Assembly: GCA_013138965.1 (NCBI GenBank)
Contig: WTBT01000050.1
Location: 4,658-68,657 of the forward strand
Reading direction: 5' to 3'
Origin: Candidatus Aegiribacteria sp.
Lineage (GTDB): Bacteria; Fermentibacterota; Fermentibacteria; Fermentibacterales; JCC-6
Length of the DNA stretch: 64,000 nt
The position numbers were made by a program, and so were the translations under genes. Positions 56,150-64,000 of this stretch are shown here, piece by piece (positions within the stretch are counted from its first letter, which is position 1; each line of letters begins with the position of its first letter). A model generated the notes under the pieces. It saw only the letters and a program-made list of their open reading frames with translations. It had not been told where the DNA came from and did no database searches.

Positions 56150-57049
56150 TTATTTAAAGCTGAACCATTTTCTGAATAAGCCACCACCCGAAATCCTTTT
56201 CAATTGGTCAAGATGCCTGATTGCGGCTTCTCGCCCCTTCTCAATAGATTCTTCATATATTCCAAAATCAGTCCAGTGAGTATTTCCCGCGTCAATTTCA
56301 ACGACATAGTCCGCCTTCTCGATGAGCATCCTGAATAATTTCAATTTAGCGAGTTCATCACCCCGCAGGATAACACTCATGGAACTTTCAAGTTTTCCAG
56401 GGGGGGACGGTTCGTAGCCGAAAATAACACCAATTACTATATCCGCGCCCAGTTTTCTTGCCGCTGTCACAGGGGCGTTCGCCGTCACACCGCCATCAAC
56501 AAGCTTTTTCCCATTCATGTTTACTGTCGGGAATACTCCTGGAATAGCAGTGCTCGCTCTCACAGCGTCACTGATCAGACCTTCCCTGAACAGCACATCT
56601 TCACCCGATATAAGGTCCAGAGCAACCGCCGCAAAGGGAAGTTCTGCATCCTCAAATGTCTTTTCACCAAACAGTTCATCAAAGAGCCTTACTACCTGCA
56701 ATTCAGGAACAAGTGACGGCTTGGTCGCCGCCTCGGCAAATGTAAGGCTTACTCTCAACCTGTTTCTGATCCTATTAAACCAGTGGTCTTCTTCAACTGA
56801 TTTGAATTTGTTCAGTTTCAGATTTCTGAATACATCAGATTCTATGAGCATCCGCAGAGTGGCTTTCAGTTTCTCAGTATCAGGTTCAAGGGCATAAGCT
56901 GCCCCTATAACCGCCCCAATGCTCGTTCCTGAAATAATATCAATGGGAATTCCGTTATTCACGAGGATTTCAAGAAAACCTATATGCGCAAGTCCTTTTG
57001 CGCCGCCACCTGCAAGTGCGATACCGATTGTTGGCTTTCTAAACAGCAT
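56150..57049 (-). CDS. Patatin-like phospholipase
   Basis: Oxyanion GGGAKG, nucleophile elbow GTSIG and catalytic Asp in VDGGV. Confidence 0.8.
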   Translation of the reverse strand: MLFRKPTIGIALAGGGAKGLAHIGFLEILVNNGIPIDIISGTSIGAVIGAAYALEPDTEKLKATLRMLIESDVFRNLKLNKFKSVEEDHWFNRIRNRLRVSLTFAEAATKPSLVPELQVVRLFDELFGEKTFEDAELPFAAVALDLISGEDVLFREGLISDAVRASTAIPGVFPTVNMNGKKLVDGGVTANAPVTAARKLGADIVIGVIFGYEPSPPGKLESSMSVILRGDELAKLKLFRMLIEKADYVVEIDAGNTHWTDFGIYEESIEKGREAAIRHLDQLKRISGGGLFRKWFSFK

Positions 57050-57249
57050 CCGGCTCCTCCTCCATGCTTTGAAGCTGTATCATACTTCTATTTCTTCAGA
57101 ACGGAACACCATACCCGCTTTGAAATGTTGAATGTATAGAGCTGATCCCGAGAATTGACAGGACAGGAATACTCCCGGTATTTAATCTTATGTGTTTTTA
57201 CCCTGGATCGACCCCCGGATACGGGGTTTGCAGCCAGGCGTGGCGCGGA

Positions 57250-57960
57250 CTACGTTCCCCGGGTGGATGACGTTTCTTCTATCTTTAAGGCGAAGGATCG
57301 AAAATCGGGTTCGGAGGTGGATATGTTTTCAGTGTCCCTGAGCCTCAGGGCAAGATCCCAGCAGCACAGCAATGTGTATCCCAGAAGCCTGTCATCAAGT
57401 ATCAATACGGATGGAACGACCTGCCCCGGATATCCCAGGCGGAGTATCAACCTGTTTTCCCGTACCCTCTGCGGAGGCCAGACGGCAAAGGTTACATCAA
57501 GACAGGGATCGGTTGAATCCTCGGTTCTGAAAAGAGTCTTCAGGAGTTCGAAATCACCTCCAATATGATGAACTGCAGATCTGATCTGATGACGGGTTCT
57601 GATGGAGTTCCGTGCGGGAGATGGAAGCGAGGTGGTCAACAGAGCCGGTTCATCCCTGGGATAACCAAGCTCCAGAAGAGCTGATGCTTCCGAAAGGCAT
57701 GCTCCGAAACAGCTTGAAGCTACATCGGGTGGTAGATATACAGACGTATCGGTATTACCCGAAAGCAGGTTCATCTGCCTGGATAATTGCTCAACCCTGC
57801 CGCTGGAAGGGCTTCTTGATATCTCACCCACATGGGTACGCAGAGCATTGAATCCCTGCATCCGTACTTCGGAGGTTCTTCCTCCACTCCAGATAGCCGC
57901 ATAGTAGAGCAGTCTGGAAATATCGAACGAATTCATGAAATTGGATGGAAAAAGTATCAT
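57250..57960 (-). CDS. Hypothetical protein
   Basis: 236-aa ORF overlapping the recombinase gene end by 4 nt. No family recognised. Confidence 0.4.
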   Translation of the reverse strand: MILFPSNFMNSFDISRLLYYAAIWSGGRTSEVRMQGFNALRTHVGEISRSPSSGRVEQLSRQMNLLSGNTDTSVYLPPDVASSCFGACLSEASALLELGYPRDEPALLTTSLPSPARNSIRTRHQIRSAVHHIGGDFELLKTLFRTEDSTDPCLDVTFAVWPPQRVRENRLILRLGYPGQVVPSVLILDDRLLGYTLLCCWDLALRLRDTENISTSEPDFRSFALKIEETSSTRGT

Positions 57961-58850
57961 GCATCTACCGATCTTGGATGATATTTGTCAACAATAGCAC
58001 GCAGATAGGTTGTATCCACGCTGGTATATATCTCAGTGGTCTTGATGTCAGCATGGCCGAGCAGCTCCTGAACAACCCTGAGGTCAGCGCCTCCCCGCAG
58101 CAGGTGGGTGGCAAATGAATGCCTCAGAATATGAGGATGGATGTGCTCCTTTATGCCGGCCATCTCCGCAGATATTCTGACGATGTTCCATACTGTCATT
58201 CTGGAAAGGGGATTTCCCCTGTAAGTAAGAAAAAGAACCGGAGTTGATCTTCCATGAACCAGCAGGGGTCTGGCCGTATCAATGTACAATGAAAGCCATC
58301 TGACCGCAGCTCCCCCTAACGGGACTAACCTTTCTCTGGACCCCTTTCCAAAAGGCCTCACGAGAGCTTCTTCCAGATAAATCCTGGAAACGGTGATCCC
58401 GGTGAGTTCACTCTCCCTTAGACCTGCGCCGTATGCAAGTTCAAGCAAAGCACGGTTCCTTGTGGAGATGGGAGAATCTCCTTCCCATACATCTATAAGG
58501 GCTGCAATCGTCTCAACACTGACCGCATATGGAAGTCTGAGCGGCTGCCTGGGAGAATGAAGAAGTTCAGCAGGATTATCTTTTCGCTGCCCCGATGACT
58601 GAATAAACCGGAAGAAACCTCTGATACTGGAGAGCTTTCTAACGATGCTGACCGGCGAAAAACCGTTGGAAGAAAGGAAAGCCATATACTCCGCGATATC
58701 CGCGGCAGCCGCCTTCGAAAGCGTAATCCCGTTAACGTTCAGCCAGCTGTTGAAACGCCTCAGATCATTACTGTACGCTTTGATCGTTCGTGAAGCCAGT
58801 TTCTTTTCCAGGGCAGAAAACTCCAGGTATGAATCCAGTCTTTCATCCAT
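57957..58850 (-). CDS. XerC/XerD-family tyrosine recombinase
   Basis: N-terminal SAM-like core-binding domain (TIKAYSNDLRRF). HILRHSFATHLL and LLGHADIKTTEIYTSV hold the catalytic R, H-x-x-R, H and Y. Confidence 0.85.
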   Translation of the reverse strand: MDERLDSYLEFSALEKKLASRTIKAYSNDLRRFNSWLNVNGITLSKAAAADIAEYMAFLSSNGFSPVSIVRKLSSIRGFFRFIQSSGQRKDNPAELLHSPRQPLRLPYAVSVETIAALIDVWEGDSPISTRNRALLELAYGAGLRESELTGITVSRIYLEEALVRPFGKGSRERLVPLGGAAVRWLSLYIDTARPLLVHGRSTPVLFLTYRGNPLSRMTVWNIVRISAEMAGIKEHIHPHILRHSFATHLLRGGADLRVVQELLGHADIKTTEIYTSVDTTYLRAIVDKYHPRSVDA

Positions 58851-60234
58851 TCTTCGAAAGCCATGCCTGAAAGCCTTCACCTGCACTCACAACTGGTATT
58901 CCCGCAGCCAGGTTCCCTCTGGTGATGGATACCGTAACACCAAGGGAATCCAGCTCATAAGCTATCCTGATCGCTCTTTTATGATCGACACAGGTCTCAA
59001 GAAGCGCAGGGGTCTTTCTAAGAAGATCCCGGGATTCTCTTAATGATACTCCCAATACTTCGCGAAGGGCTTCAGCGATTCTACCCTCATCCTCCGGTGC
59101 CGGCGTGCAGAGAAAAAGCATCAGTACTTCGTCTTCGTTTGATTCTACATATTTATATTTCTTCGCGCAGATGGATCCGTCTCTGATGGAATCAATATCA
59201 GATTCCAGATCATTATCCGTTGCTGCAGCATCCGGTGAATCATCTCCGGTCGAAAAAAGACCTTCCCAGGATTCCTCAAGAACAGGGGGAAGAAGGAGAT
59301 GCTGAAACATACTGCCTGGCGGCGGGTACAGCATCACTATATCCGGAGGAGGTCCACAGATTATCGAATCACTGCCGACTATCGGTGGAGAATCCCCAGT
59401 TACGATTTCAGGCGGAGAAAACTCAATGGTTTCCGGGATGCTTCTGTTACTGACATCCGGCAGAACAGGAGGAGTCTCAAGGAATCCTCCATCCATGGAT
59501 TTTGAAGGAAGCCCCACTGTATACCTTGCAGGGGGTTGCAGGAATACCCTTCCGGATGAGGTCTCGAATTCATCAGTCGGAGGTGGCCCGATTAAATACT
59601 GTTCCGGAAGGCCGCTTACAGGTGGAATCCGGGAGACACCATCTTCGGTGGTACCGGTCTGGTCTCCGAACAGCGTATCGCTGAGGTTACCGTTTGAATC
59701 TGCCATTTCTGCGCTGGCGCCGAGGGTTCTGAATACCGCATTCGACCTTCGCCTGGGGGAAACGCTTTCCTGCGGCAGTGATTCAGCTTCGATCCTTACT
59801 ATCCCGCCGGACTCGGTTATTGATCTCTTTATCCTTCTGGCTGTTTCGCTGTCGATACCCCTGCTCAGAACAATCGGCATTCGGGAAAGCCAGTGAACGA
59901 TCTGTTCCTGGGGGAGACGGGTCAGATTCTGCAATCTTCTTCGTAACCTTGTCCTGTATCCGGGACGGTAGTTTACCAGGAGAACCCTGAAGAGGGGCAC
60001 GGGTTGAACTTTTTCCTCATGATCTGGAAGAATTCTGCAGTGTACACCGGAATCCCGCCGAAGGCTGTCAGCTATTTTCTGTGCTTCTCCCTCGGAAAGA
60101 CCATTGCATACGACTTCATCCTCATGGCTGAAAGCCATCAGAATTTTGTCCAGAGGCAAGTCTGTATGTTCAGTCAGAACATGTGCAGACTCCATGGAGG
60201 GTTTATCCCCCTGTACGATTACCTTCCATTTCAT
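58843..60234 (-). CDS. Hypothetical protein with three ribosomal L7/L12 C-terminal-domain-like modules and a Pro-rich linker
   Basis: Three modules: LSEGEAQKIADSLRRDSGVHCRILP, IDSETARRIKRSITESGGIVRIEAE and VSLRESRDLLRKTPALLETCVDHKRAIRIAYELDSLGVTVSITRG. Confidence 0.45.
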   Translation of the reverse strand: MKWKVIVQGDKPSMESAHVLTEHTDLPLDKILMAFSHEDEVVCNGLSEGEAQKIADSLRRDSGVHCRILPDHEEKVQPVPLFRVLLVNYRPGYRTRLRRRLQNLTRLPQEQIVHWLSRMPIVLSRGIDSETARRIKRSITESGGIVRIEAESLPQESVSPRRRSNAVFRTLGASAEMADSNGNLSDTLFGDQTGTTEDGVSRIPPVSGLPEQYLIGPPPTDEFETSSGRVFLQPPARYTVGLPSKSMDGGFLETPPVLPDVSNRSIPETIEFSPPEIVTGDSPPIVGSDSIICGPPPDIVMLYPPPGSMFQHLLLPPVLEESWEGLFSTGDDSPDAAATDNDLESDIDSIRDGSICAKKYKYVESNEDEVLMLFLCTPAPEDEGRIAEALREVLGVSLRESRDLLRKTPALLETCVDHKRAIRIAYELDSLGVTVSITRGNLAAGIPVVSAGEGFQAWLSKNG

Positions 60235-60246
60235 ACGTCTTCGCCG

Positions 60247-61272
60247 CTACAGCTGTTTTCTGATCAATTCGATTTTATCGCCGATACACACCAGATCGGT
60301 TGTTGAGACAGAGGTAATCAGTGCCGCTGAAGTGTTCTGCAGAGTCTCAACAATAATCAGTTCGGAAATAGGGAGATCGGGAGTCATTACAGTTGCGCCG
60401 GAGGGACTTACAACCTCATGACCGTATTTGAACATGCTGAAAATATCCCCGGGACTGAGACCGTCATCCGTTCCTCTGTCAATGTATACAATATCGTACG
60501 AATATGCTCTCTCAAGATCGGGGTTCTTGAATGCGATTATATAAGCATCGATATCTTCGACTACAATTGAACCTGCAACCGGTATTGGAGCTGAAGAGGT
60601 GTATGGAACCAGAAAGTCACCTGTTATCACAGGGAGGAAAGCGTGTTCGATCAAGACAACACTGGACGAAATGGATGTATCTATAACACGGCAGACTCCT
60701 GCAACTCTTATTACGTTGCCAAGCGTAATACCGGTCTGAGGATGCCTTACTTCCTCACCTGTTTCGTATATTTTGTAGACCATGTCTATCATCACACCCT
60801 GATCTCGGCCGATATCTATAGCCACCAGATCTCCAGGGTACGATGCCAGACCTGAATACTCTTCCTCATTTTCCACATCCAGTTCAATGATGTAGCTCAC
60901 AGCATCAGGCGGATCGCTTGTAACCATACCGGCAGTTTCAAGGATAAGCCTGCTGAGAATGGGTCTGCTGCTGGTTCCCGAGGTGATATACACTCCTGAA
61001 AAGCCTGAATCAAAAGCCTGCTGCGTGATCGTGGTGCCGGATATATCAGGAAGAATCAGCTCACTCCCCGGCTGAAGGTATTCAACTCCTTCAAGAAACG
61101 GATTGGCATTCAGTATATCCTCCCAGTGAAAGGGAGTGTTGTAGTAGTGTATCGAAAGCTCCCACAATGTGTCTCCGTACCTTACATAATGGGTTCTCGC
61201 CGCAGCAGATACAGAAAATACTGCCCCGATTAAAAGGATTAGAACAGATAAGATTACAGTGAAGCTTTTCAT
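60247..61272 (-). CDS. Secreted LysM-domain protein
   Basis: Signal peptide. HYVRYGDTLWELSIHYYNTPFHWEDILNANP...LQPGSELILP is a LysM pattern. Confidence 0.6.
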   Translation of the reverse strand: MKSFTVILSVLILLIGAVFSVSAAARTHYVRYGDTLWELSIHYYNTPFHWEDILNANPFLEGVEYLQPGSELILPDISGTTITQQAFDSGFSGVYITSGTSSRPILSRLILETAGMVTSDPPDAVSYIIELDVENEEEYSGLASYPGDLVAIDIGRDQGVMIDMVYKIYETGEEVRHPQTGITLGNVIRVAGVCRVIDTSISSSVVLIEHAFLPVITGDFLVPYTSSAPIPVAGSIVVEDIDAYIIAFKNPDLERAYSYDIVYIDRGTDDGLSPGDIFSMFKYGHEVVSPSGATVMTPDLPISELIIVETLQNTSAALITSVSTTDLVCIGDKIELIRKQL

Positions 61273-61379
61273 TTCAACCTGACCTCCCGCAGTGGTCTTT
61301 ACTAATGAGCGAACTTCATAACTTCATAATATTCTAAGTTCACAAGTTACTTAAGTCAAATGGACCTTATATGCAGATT

Positions 61380-62099
61380 TCATTTCACTGCGAGATAAAG
61401 CACTGAATTGTTCAGAATGCCTGCTGTTTTTATTACAGTAACAGCATAAATTCCACCAACCCCTGCAGTGGATTCCAGGTTAGGTATGTTTACTGCAAGC
61501 CGCAACTCTCCATTACCGGGAGAATCCCCCGTCCATGTGCTGCCTGCCGCTACCGGATCTGACTCACCGACAGCTATGACGAGCTGTCCGTTCGTTGCCC
61601 CCGGAACAAGGGCTGTGGCTGTGGAGAAGTAATCTATTCCCGAGGGGCCACAGGTCCCCGTTTCCATCGAGACGGTTCCAGATGCATGAATGCTGATTCT
61701 TTCATTCCGGGACACTTCAAGGCCGGTGTTCACCCATCCATCTACAGCAGGAACCTCCACAGTTATAGTGGTTTCATCTGTGGGATTACTCCATATCACC
61801 GACTTAATCTCCCCAACAGGGAATTCTCTCTCTCCCGAATCCGTTCTTATCGTGAGTGTCCCGCCATCGAGGGTTATATATCCTCTGAAGGAGGTTCTTC
61901 CATCTCTTAAAAACACTCTGCCCTCTTCATACTCAACGAATGTTTCAGAATTATTGAAGACTATATGCCGTCCTTCTATGGATTCCAGCTTTCCGGACAG
62001 AACCTGACCATCGGCGGTAATCATCCTGTCCGGTCTGCTCTTGCACCCGGTGAACACAGCGATCAGGACCAGGAATAACACCGCATTGATTCTGATCAT
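61380..62099 (-). CDS. Hypothetical lipoprotein
   Basis: Lipobox VFTGCKS. Beta-rich. No family recognised. Confidence 0.45.
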   Translation of the reverse strand: MIRINAVLFLVLIAVFTGCKSRPDRMITADGQVLSGKLESIEGRHIVFNNSETFVEYEEGRVFLRDGRTSFRGYITLDGGTLTIRTDSGEREFPVGEIKSVIWSNPTDETTITVEVPAVDGWVNTGLEVSRNERISIHASGTVSMETGTCGPSGIDYFSTATALVPGATNGQLVIAVGESDPVAAGSTWTGDSPGNGELRLAVNIPNLESTAGVGGIYAVTVIKTAGILNNSVLYLAVK

Positions 62100-64000
62100 C
62101 AGTCAACCTCTTTCAAGCCGGTAATGAAGCTATCTATAACATCCTGAACTCTTTCAATCAGTTCAAACTGCATCAGCTCCCTGGTTTCCTCGGGGATCTC
62201 CTCAATACTCCTGCTGTTCTCCAGCGGAAGAAACACCTTTGTAATACCGGCAGCCAGAGCTCCCAGAATTTTTTCCTTGATACCCCCCACGGGCATCACC
62301 CGTCCCTGGAGACTTATTTCTCCGGTAACGGCAATATCAGGTGCGACCGGTTTCCTGGTCAGTGCGGAAAGAAGGGATATAAGTATGGCCACCCCCGCCG
62401 AAGGACCATCTTTAGGAGTTGCCCCCGCGGGTACATGCAGATGGATATCAACCTCTTTGAAATTCGTTTTCAAACCGTACTCATCCGCGTGTGTCCTGAT
62501 CCATGAGAGAGCTGCCTTCGCCGATTCCTGCATAACCTGCCCAAGCTGCCCGGTGAGAATCAGTTCTCCCTTGCCGCTCATGATGGAACTCTCTATCAAG
62601 AGTATCTCTCCCCCTGCAGGTGTCCATGCCAGACCTGTGGAAACGCCGATCCTGGGTTTGTCCGAAACCCGCATGCGCGAAAACTTTCTTGGTCCGAGGT
62701 ATTCATGAAGTCTGGACGGTGTGATGATTGCAAGGTCGTCACATCCCCGGGCGACTTTCATTGCTACTTTCCTGCAGATCTTGCCAATGGTGCGTTCAAG
62801 CTCCCTGACTCCAGCCTCGCGAGTATGGTCAGCTATTATTCTACTGAGACCCTTCCTTTGAAAGCGGAGTATTCTGCCTGTGAGCCCGGCATTCTGCATC
62901 TGTCTTTTCACCAGGTATCTTCTTGCTATTTCCAGCTTCTCGGCAGATGTATATCCGGGGATACGGATTATCTCCATCCTGTCCATCAGGGGTGAAGGGA
63001 TAGTGTCAATCCGATTTGCTGTAGTTATGAACTGCACACCGCTGAGATCGAAAGGAACGTTCATGTAATTATCCCTGAATGAGAAATTCTGCTCCGGGTC
63101 GAGTACTTCCAGTAATGCGGATGTCGGATCACCCCGGAAATCACTGCCTATCTTATCCACCTCATCCAGCATGAAAACAGGATTATTGCTCCCTGCTTCC
63201 TTCAGCCCCTGGATTATCTTGCCCGGCATCGCTCCTATATAGGTCCTTCTATGGCCCCGGATTTCCGCTTCATCGTGAACGCCACCAAGAGAAAGGCGCA
63301 CGAATTTACGACCTATAGCTCTTGCTATGCTTCTTCCCATGGATGTTTTTCCCACGCCTGGAGGCCCTACAAAACAGAGTATAGGAGCCTTCCCATTGGG
63401 ATTAAGCTTCCGGACAGCGAGAAACTCCAGAATCCTTTCCTTCACATCCTTCAGATCGTAATGATCTTTCTCCAGAACAACCAGTGCCCTGTTAATGTCC
63501 AATCTGTCCTTCGTGCTTTCCATCCATGGCAGACAAAGTATCCATTCAATATAGTTCCTTATAACAGCAACTTCAGGAATCCCGGGATGCATTCTCGTAA
63601 GTCGGTCCAGCTCCTCCATCGCTGCTTTCTCAACCTGTTCCGGAAGGGCCTTCTCTTCTATCCGTTGCTTGAGTTCCTCGGCTTCGGGATTCTCGCTTTC
63701 ACCACCCAGCTCCTTCTGAATGGCTTTCATCTGCTCTTTAAGGATGTATTCTTTCTGGTCTTTCTCTATCTCAGTTCTGACCTGACCCTGAATCTTGTTA
63801 CGAAGTTTCAGTATCCTGATCTCCTTTTCCAGGATACCGGACAACAGCCATAGACGCTCAAGTACATTATCAACTTCCAGGATCTTCTGCTTATCCTCAA
63901 TGCTTGCCTCAATCCTGCTTGCGGCCAGGAAACTCAATTTCTCGGCATCACCGGAAAACTCTATGAACAGTGAATCATCAGGTATACTCCGTGTAAGTTC
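62099..64000 (-). CDS. lon: Lon protease (endopeptidase La), 5'-partial at the window end
   Basis: GPPGVGKTS Walker A, the AAA+ module, and the protease Ser in PKDGPSAG. The frame stays open from 63937 to 64000, and the Lon N-terminal domain is missing from the window. Confidence 0.9.
   Translation of the reverse strand, partial: ELTRSIPDDSLFIEFSGDAEKLSFLAASRIEASIEDKQKILEVDNVLERLWLLSGILEKEIRILKLRNKIQGQVRTEIEKDQKEYILKEQMKAIQKELGGESENPEAEELKQRIEEKALPEQVEKAAMEELDRLTRMHPGIPEVAVIRNYIEWILCLPWMESTKDRLDINRALVVLEKDHYDLKDVKERILEFLAVRKLNPNGKAPILCFVGPPGVGKTSMGRSIARAIGRKFVRLSLGGVHDEAEIRGHRRTYIGAMPGKIIQGLKEAGSNNPVFMLDEVDKIGSDFRGDPTSALLEVLDPEQNFSFRDNYMNVPFDLSGVQFITTANRIDTIPSPLMDRMEIIRIPGYTSAEKLEIARRYLVKRQMQNAGLTGRILRFQRKGLSRIIADHTREAGVRELERTIGKICRKVAMKVARGCDDLAIITPSRLHEYLGPRKFSRMRVSDKPRIGVSTGLAWTPAGGEILLIESSIMSGKGELILTGQLGQVMQESAKAALSWIRTHADEYGLKTNFKEVDIHLHVPAGATPKDGPSAGVAILISLLSALTRKPVAPDIAVTGEISLQGRVMPVGGIKEKILGALAAGITKVFLPLENSRSIEEIPEETRELMQFELIERVQDVIDSFITGLKEVD

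Noticed and set aside
56150-57049. The patatin-like phospholipase as a CBASS-type effector
   Set aside because: There is no CD-NTase, SMODS or other cyclase nearby. The adjacent NTase is a minimal 148-aa protein, and the patatin protein looks like a generic RssA-type enzyme.
57957-58850. The XerC/D-family recombinase as the missing integrase of the 17.8-24.1 kb island
   Set aside because: It lies about 34 kb away in a housekeeping-like operon. It has the classic XerC/D length and motifs, and nothing links it to the 79-bp repeats.
270-63853. Numerous 60-200-aa track ORFs nested antisense or out of frame inside long genes (for example in purL, uvrB, pheST, lon and the radical SAM gene)
   Set aside because: They overlap strongly supported genes, are rich in Arg/Ser/Pro as expected for off-frame translation, and carry no motifs.
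1-64000. Search for CRISPR arrays, tRNA or rRNA genes and transposase or integrase genes
   Set aside because: Reading the intergenic regions showed no regularly spaced repeats, no cloverleaf-like or rRNA-like sequence and no transposase or integrase motifs other than XerC/D. A small ncRNA could still be missed without covariance-model scans.

Overview
All family calls below come from reading motifs in the ORF translations. No BLAST, HMM or GC computation was run.

The window looks like an uncultured bacterium. It carries T9SS-type C-terminal sorting remnants and an archaeal-type PheRS, which suggests an FCB-like candidate lineage, but the taxonomy is not proven.

The backbone is housekeeping and mostly on the minus strand: lon (5'-partial at the window end), a XerC/D recombinase, patatin, uvrB, pheS/pheT, an ispH fusion, purB, purL/purQ/PurS-like, radical-SAM plus RNase G, rplU, folD, aroQ, efp, a GT2 glycosyltransferase, dacB, a parvulin lipoprotein, an M20 peptidase, a CDF transporter and a PEBP protein.

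Five accessory segments interrupt this backbone:
1. 1-9.4 kb is a defence island. It holds a large all-alpha ORF that is open at base 1, and then a tightly overlapping four-gene operon. The operon encodes a gamma-class N6-adenine methyltransferase, a soluble histidine kinase with an extra N-terminal MORC/Hsp90-type GHKL ATPase module, a stand-alone receiver plus coiled-coil protein, and an HNH nuclease. An AbiEi/AbiEii pair lies convergent to it.
2. 17.8-24.1 kb is a roughly 6.1-kb decaying island flanked by perfect 79-bp direct repeats at the convergent 3' ends of dacB and the GT2 gene. It has no integrase and carries several pseudogenes.
3. 27.8-29.2 kb is a vapBC islet with a nucleoside-phosphorylase remnant.
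4. 50.4-52.3 kb holds a DUF4143-type ATPase and a Fic-like remnant.
5. 55.5-56.1 kb holds a small nucleotidyltransferase pair.

I saw no rRNA, tRNA or CRISPR array.

The best candidate for an undescribed system is the MTase-GHKL/HK-REC-HNH operon at 2569-7378. It reads as a restriction-modification-like module whose nuclease arm appears to be wired through a two-component phosphorelay.
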